A stretch of 38,241 nucleotides of DNA from a virus. Lineage: Duplodnaviria > Caudoviricetes. The position numbers and the translations under genes are program-made. The notes below the pieces were generated by a model that was given only the letters and a program-made list of their open reading frames with translations, was not told the origin of the DNA and ran no database searches. Positions 34,369 to 38,241 of the stretch are shown in pieces; within the stretch, counting starts at the first letter, position 1, and each line of letters begins with the position of its first letter. The stretch spans positions 1 to 38,241 of the IMG/VR virus record IMGVR_UViG_3300014656_000066. One strand, 5' to 3'.

Positions 34369-35331
34369 TCACCCGGCCACCTCCAGATGAAGCGCCCGGA
34401 TTCCGTCCCGCAAGTCCTTCTCTACCGTATGGGTGTAGAAACCCAGGGTGGTCTGGACATCGGCGTGCCCGGCGAGTTGCTGGACCACCACCGGCTGGAC
34501 GCCGGCCCGGATGAGGCGGGTGATGAAGGTGTGCCGGAGCGCGTGGACGCTCACCCCCCGGCCCCGGTGGTCGACCCGCTCGATCTTGGCCAGGCCCAAG
34601 AGGCGCCCGAACAGGCGCCCCAGGTTGTCGGGGTTCGCCATCCAGGGCCGGCCGGCGGGGGACAGGAGCACCTGGTCGTCGCCCCCCGGGGCCCGGCCCG
34701 TCGTGTACTCCTGGAGTCGGCGCAGGCGGATGAGCTCGCCGGCCAGGCTCTCGTCGATCGGGACCACCCGGGATCGGCCGGACTTGGCGCACTCTGCTCT
34801 GAAGGTCAGGTGCAGCGACACAAGGTCCACATCGCACCAGCGCACCGCACAAGCCTCCCCTCGGCGCGCTCCTGTCTGTGCGAGCAGCAGCCAGGTTGGA
34901 TGTTGGGGAACCCCCGGCCTTTGCTGGTCGCGCGCCTTCGCTGCGCGCAGGAGCCTCGTCAACTCCTCGTCGGTCAGGGCCCGCCGCAGGCGGCGCCGAT
35001 CACACTCTCGCACCGGCAACGGGCGCAGGCAGGCGGCAGGATTCAGCACAACCATGTGCATCTCCCGCGCCCATTCGAGCGCGCCCCGCACGTAGCCGGC
35101 CTCCTTGTTCGCCGTCGATCGGCTGATTCCCTCGGCCAGTCGGCGCGCTCGCCAGTCGGCGAACCAGACCGGGCGCAGGCCCGATACCGGCGGATCGTTG
35201 GATCCGGTGATCCGATCGAAGACGGCGCGGACCCGCTTGCAGTGCGCCTCTCCGGCGCGCGTTGCGAGGTCCCGAAGGTACGCGGAAAACACCTGCGCGA
35301 GCTGGTATTCGTCGCCATCGAGAACGGCCAT
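34369..35331 (-). CDS. int: Tyrosine recombinase/integrase 2 (tRNA-Arg targeting)
   Basis: GARRGE (R), AKSG (K), HALRH, LAGH, GFYT (Y); points toward attP. Confidence 0.95.
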   Translation of the reverse strand: MAVLDGDEYQLAQVFSAYLRDLATRAGEAHCKRVRAVFDRITGSNDPPVSGLRPVWFADWRARRLAEGISRSTANKEAGYVRGALEWAREMHMVVLNPAACLRPLPVRECDRRRLRRALTDEELTRLLRAAKARDQQRPGVPQHPTWLLLAQTGARRGEACAVRWCDVDLVSLHLTFRAECAKSGRSRVVPIDESLAGELIRLRRLQEYTTGRAPGGDDQVLLSPAGRPWMANPDNLGRLFGRLLGLAKIERVDHRGRGVSVHALRHTFITRLIRAGVQPVVVQQLAGHADVQTTLGFYTHTVEKDLRDGIRALHLEVAG

Positions 35332-35468
35332 AGGAACTCTCCCCTGAAGGCTGGCCGGCTCTCGCTTCGGTTACCCGTGGTCATAGTGGCCAACCTACGG
35401 CCACGGAAAACCCCATGCAATCGAGTTCCACCTAATTTTATCGAGACATCCTAGCCCCGGAGTGTGAA

Positions 35469-35681
35469 ATGGGTACAAGTCAAAGCGTGCGAAGGACTAA
35501 GAAGAAACCGGGACCCGACCCGTTGCCGGCGAAGGTCAAGCGGTCGCTCTCAATCAGCGTGCCGGTGAACGAGGAGGAGAAGGCGTACATCGAGCGCCTG
35601 GCCGCCAAGGAGGAGCGCCCGGTCGCCACGTACATCCGGCGGTTGCTGCTCCGTGGACTGAAGCCGCGCAGGTGCGGGTAA
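35469..35681 (+). CDS. Ribbon-helix-helix (CopG/MobC-like) regulator
   Basis: KRSLSISVPVNEEEKAYIERLAAKEERPVATYIRRLLL; divergent from int2. Confidence 0.75.
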   Translation: MGTSQSVRRTKKKPGPDPLPAKVKRSLSISVPVNEEEKAYIERLAAKEERPVATYIRRLLLRGLKPRRCG

Positions 35682-35908
35682 TGCGAGCGATTCCTATCGC
35701 GCTGGTGCTTCTCGGCCTGTGCTGCTGTGGTGAGCCGGAGGCCGCTCCGGGAGTAGTGGTCGGGGCCCGCGTGCAGGTTTTCAGCCCGGACGACCTTCGG
35801 GGCCTCTACGCAATTGAGGCCGTGGAGGGCAGTCGCGCCCGGTGTCGTCGTGGGTACGCCACCACCTGGATAGACTTCTCTCAGGTCGCGAGGTACGAGG
35901 TTCGCTGA
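35681..35908 (+). CDS. Small putative lipoprotein, 75 aa
   Basis: TAATG-coupled; MRAIPIALVLLGLCCCG signal/lipobox. Confidence 0.6.
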   Translation: MRAIPIALVLLGLCCCGEPEAAPGVVVGARVQVFSPDDLRGLYAIEAVEGSRARCRRGYATTWIDFSQVARYEVR

Positions 35909-36182
35909 AGCGAAGGTGGGGCCCGAAGGCCCCTCAAGGCAGGGCACGGGAACCACCCCGCGCCCCTGGCTGTTACCAGCCTCCCCTGGCGGGGCTGAGA
36001 GCCAACCTTTTCCCGGGGTACCACCCCGGGCTTCGTTTGGGACCCCACCAGCGTTGTGATAGGCATAGCCCGAACGGGGCGATTTCGTCAACGTGGAAAG
36101 GGGCGCTCGGCGAGTAGAAAACAATGCTTCCATGCAAGAGCCGCACCTGCAACAGGTTAGGGCGGTTGGCATATATTCCTAC

Positions 36183-36211
36183 TTGACGGCCGTGCGCGTC
36201 GCCCCCAGATT
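36183..36211 (+). promoter_or_regulatory. Possible sigma70 promoter for the replication operon
   Basis: TTGACG-17 bp-CAGATT with AT-rich DNA upstream; weak -10. Confidence 0.3.
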
Positions 36212-36296
36212 TGCACGAGCTCCCGTCAGACGCGGCACCGGGAGCGAGGCCGCCCCTCACCAGGGCAGGCGCCCGACCACGCCGCAGAGAGCCAAC

Positions 36297-36541
36297 ATGC
36301 TGACCGAGACCTCCGCCTTGATGAGGGGCATCCGTCTGGCCCTGCGGGCCGAGATGCAGAAGAGGGGCCGCTCCACCAAGGGCCTCGCCGGCCAGGCCGA
36401 GGTGGGCCAGCCCGGCCTTCACCGCTTCCTCGCCGGGGAGCGGTCCTCGATGCAGGCCGCCGCGCTGTTCTCCGTGGCCTTCGCCCTGGGCAAGAGCCCC
36501 GCCTGGATGATCCGCGAGGGGGCGAAGCTCGCCAAGCTCCG

Positions 36542-36545
<4 letters not shown>
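36297..36545 (+). CDS. Cro-like XRE helix-turn-helix regulator, 82 aa
   Basis: GRSTKGLAGQAEVGQPGLHRFLAGER...VAFALGKSPAWM; directly upstream of the initiator. Confidence 0.8.
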
Positions 36546-37357
<812 letters not shown>

Positions 37358-38151
37358 CCTCGAAGCCCTCCTCCGCCGGCACGCCGGCCGCCGGGCCGGG
37401 CCGGGAGAGTGGGACCGGATCGTCCCCGACCACCACCACGCCCCTCGGCCAGCACCGAGCAACGAGCGGGAGGCCGCGAATATGTGGCTGAACGCCCTGC
37501 TCGATAGCACCTGGAGGGAGACCCGCTGGCCGCGCGCCACAACCAGACTCTTCCAAGGGAATAGCACCTGGGACGTGCTCGAGGCCGAGAGCTTCGCTCG
37601 CCTGGTTCCCCGGGTTCCGCACGTCAAGGTCGAGGCCGCCTTCCGGGCCCTCGCCGACGCCGGCGGCTGGGTGGTCCTGGCCGGCGCCGAGGCCGGCACG
37701 GGCAAGACGGCGCTGGCCTACCTGCTCGGCTTGCGCGAGCTCTGCCAGCACGCCCTGCGGATGGCCGCCGAGAGCTGGGAGTGGCGGGGCGAGTGCTGGG
37801 ACACGATGCCGGAGCACCGCTACATTGAGTGGCCGCGCGCGCTGAACCAGGAGAAGAGTCGGTTCCGCACGAGGATCGAGGGCTCCTTCATCCGCCCACT
37901 GGAGAAGGCAGAGCTTCTCATCATCGACGACATCGCGCCGGCGAAGGGCTGGGAGCTCCAGGAGCTCGAGCTGGTGATGTCCCGCCGCTACGCCGAGCAC
38001 CTTCGCACTATCCTCGTGGTGAAGGCCGACGGCGCAGAGGTCGAGAGCGCGCTGGGCACCGACACGTACTCCAGGCTCACCGAGCGGGGCCTGGTCGTCA
38101 CCTGTGAATGGATGCCGTACCGATAACACCAACCAACCAAGAGAGCTAACC

Positions 38152-38241
38152 ATGACCGAACACGCCGAACGCCCCAGGCGACACAAGGATGGGCGCCTAC
38201 AATGGGCCGTGCATCTGACCGAGGACCGGCAAGGGAACTGC
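38152..38241 (+). CDS. Hypothetical protein, 3'-truncated at window end
   Basis: ATG preceded by the CCAAGAGAGCTAACC leader; open to the end of the window. Confidence 0.55.
   Translation, partial: MTEHAERPRRHKDGRLQWAVHLTEDRQGNC

Overview
The whole window is phage DNA, probably a near-complete, circularly permuted, GC-rich temperate podovirus genome in its excised or free form. It is a chimera of three blocks. (1) A minus-strand T7-like block (680-9877): short gp17-type fibre, Calx-beta adhesin, a non-coding putative genome-end region, early genes, a tyrosine integrase and an intact single-subunit T7-type RNA polymerase. (2) A plus-strand T7-like morphogenesis block (9941-28797): gp6.5/6.7-like genes, portal, scaffold, capsid, tail tubes A/B, internal virion proteins, holin-like protein and terminases. 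(3) A lambdoid cassette (28747-38241, apparently continuing at 1-683): Red-like exo/bet, an attP made of the 3' half of tRNA-Arg(CCG), a second tyrosine integrase, RHH and Cro-like regulators, a DUF1376 initiator with internal iterons and a DnaC-like loader. I found no T7 DNA polymerase, primase-helicase, SSB, CI-type repressor or endolysin. Other notable signals are a perfect 28-bp inverted repeat (6116-6143/7302-7329), a RebB (R-body)-like gene, a recurring GAGAGCYRAC leader motif, a natural H784Q-equivalent change in the RNAP and a CBM-like insertion in the nozzle protein. All family assignments come from motif recognition by eye; no database searches were run.
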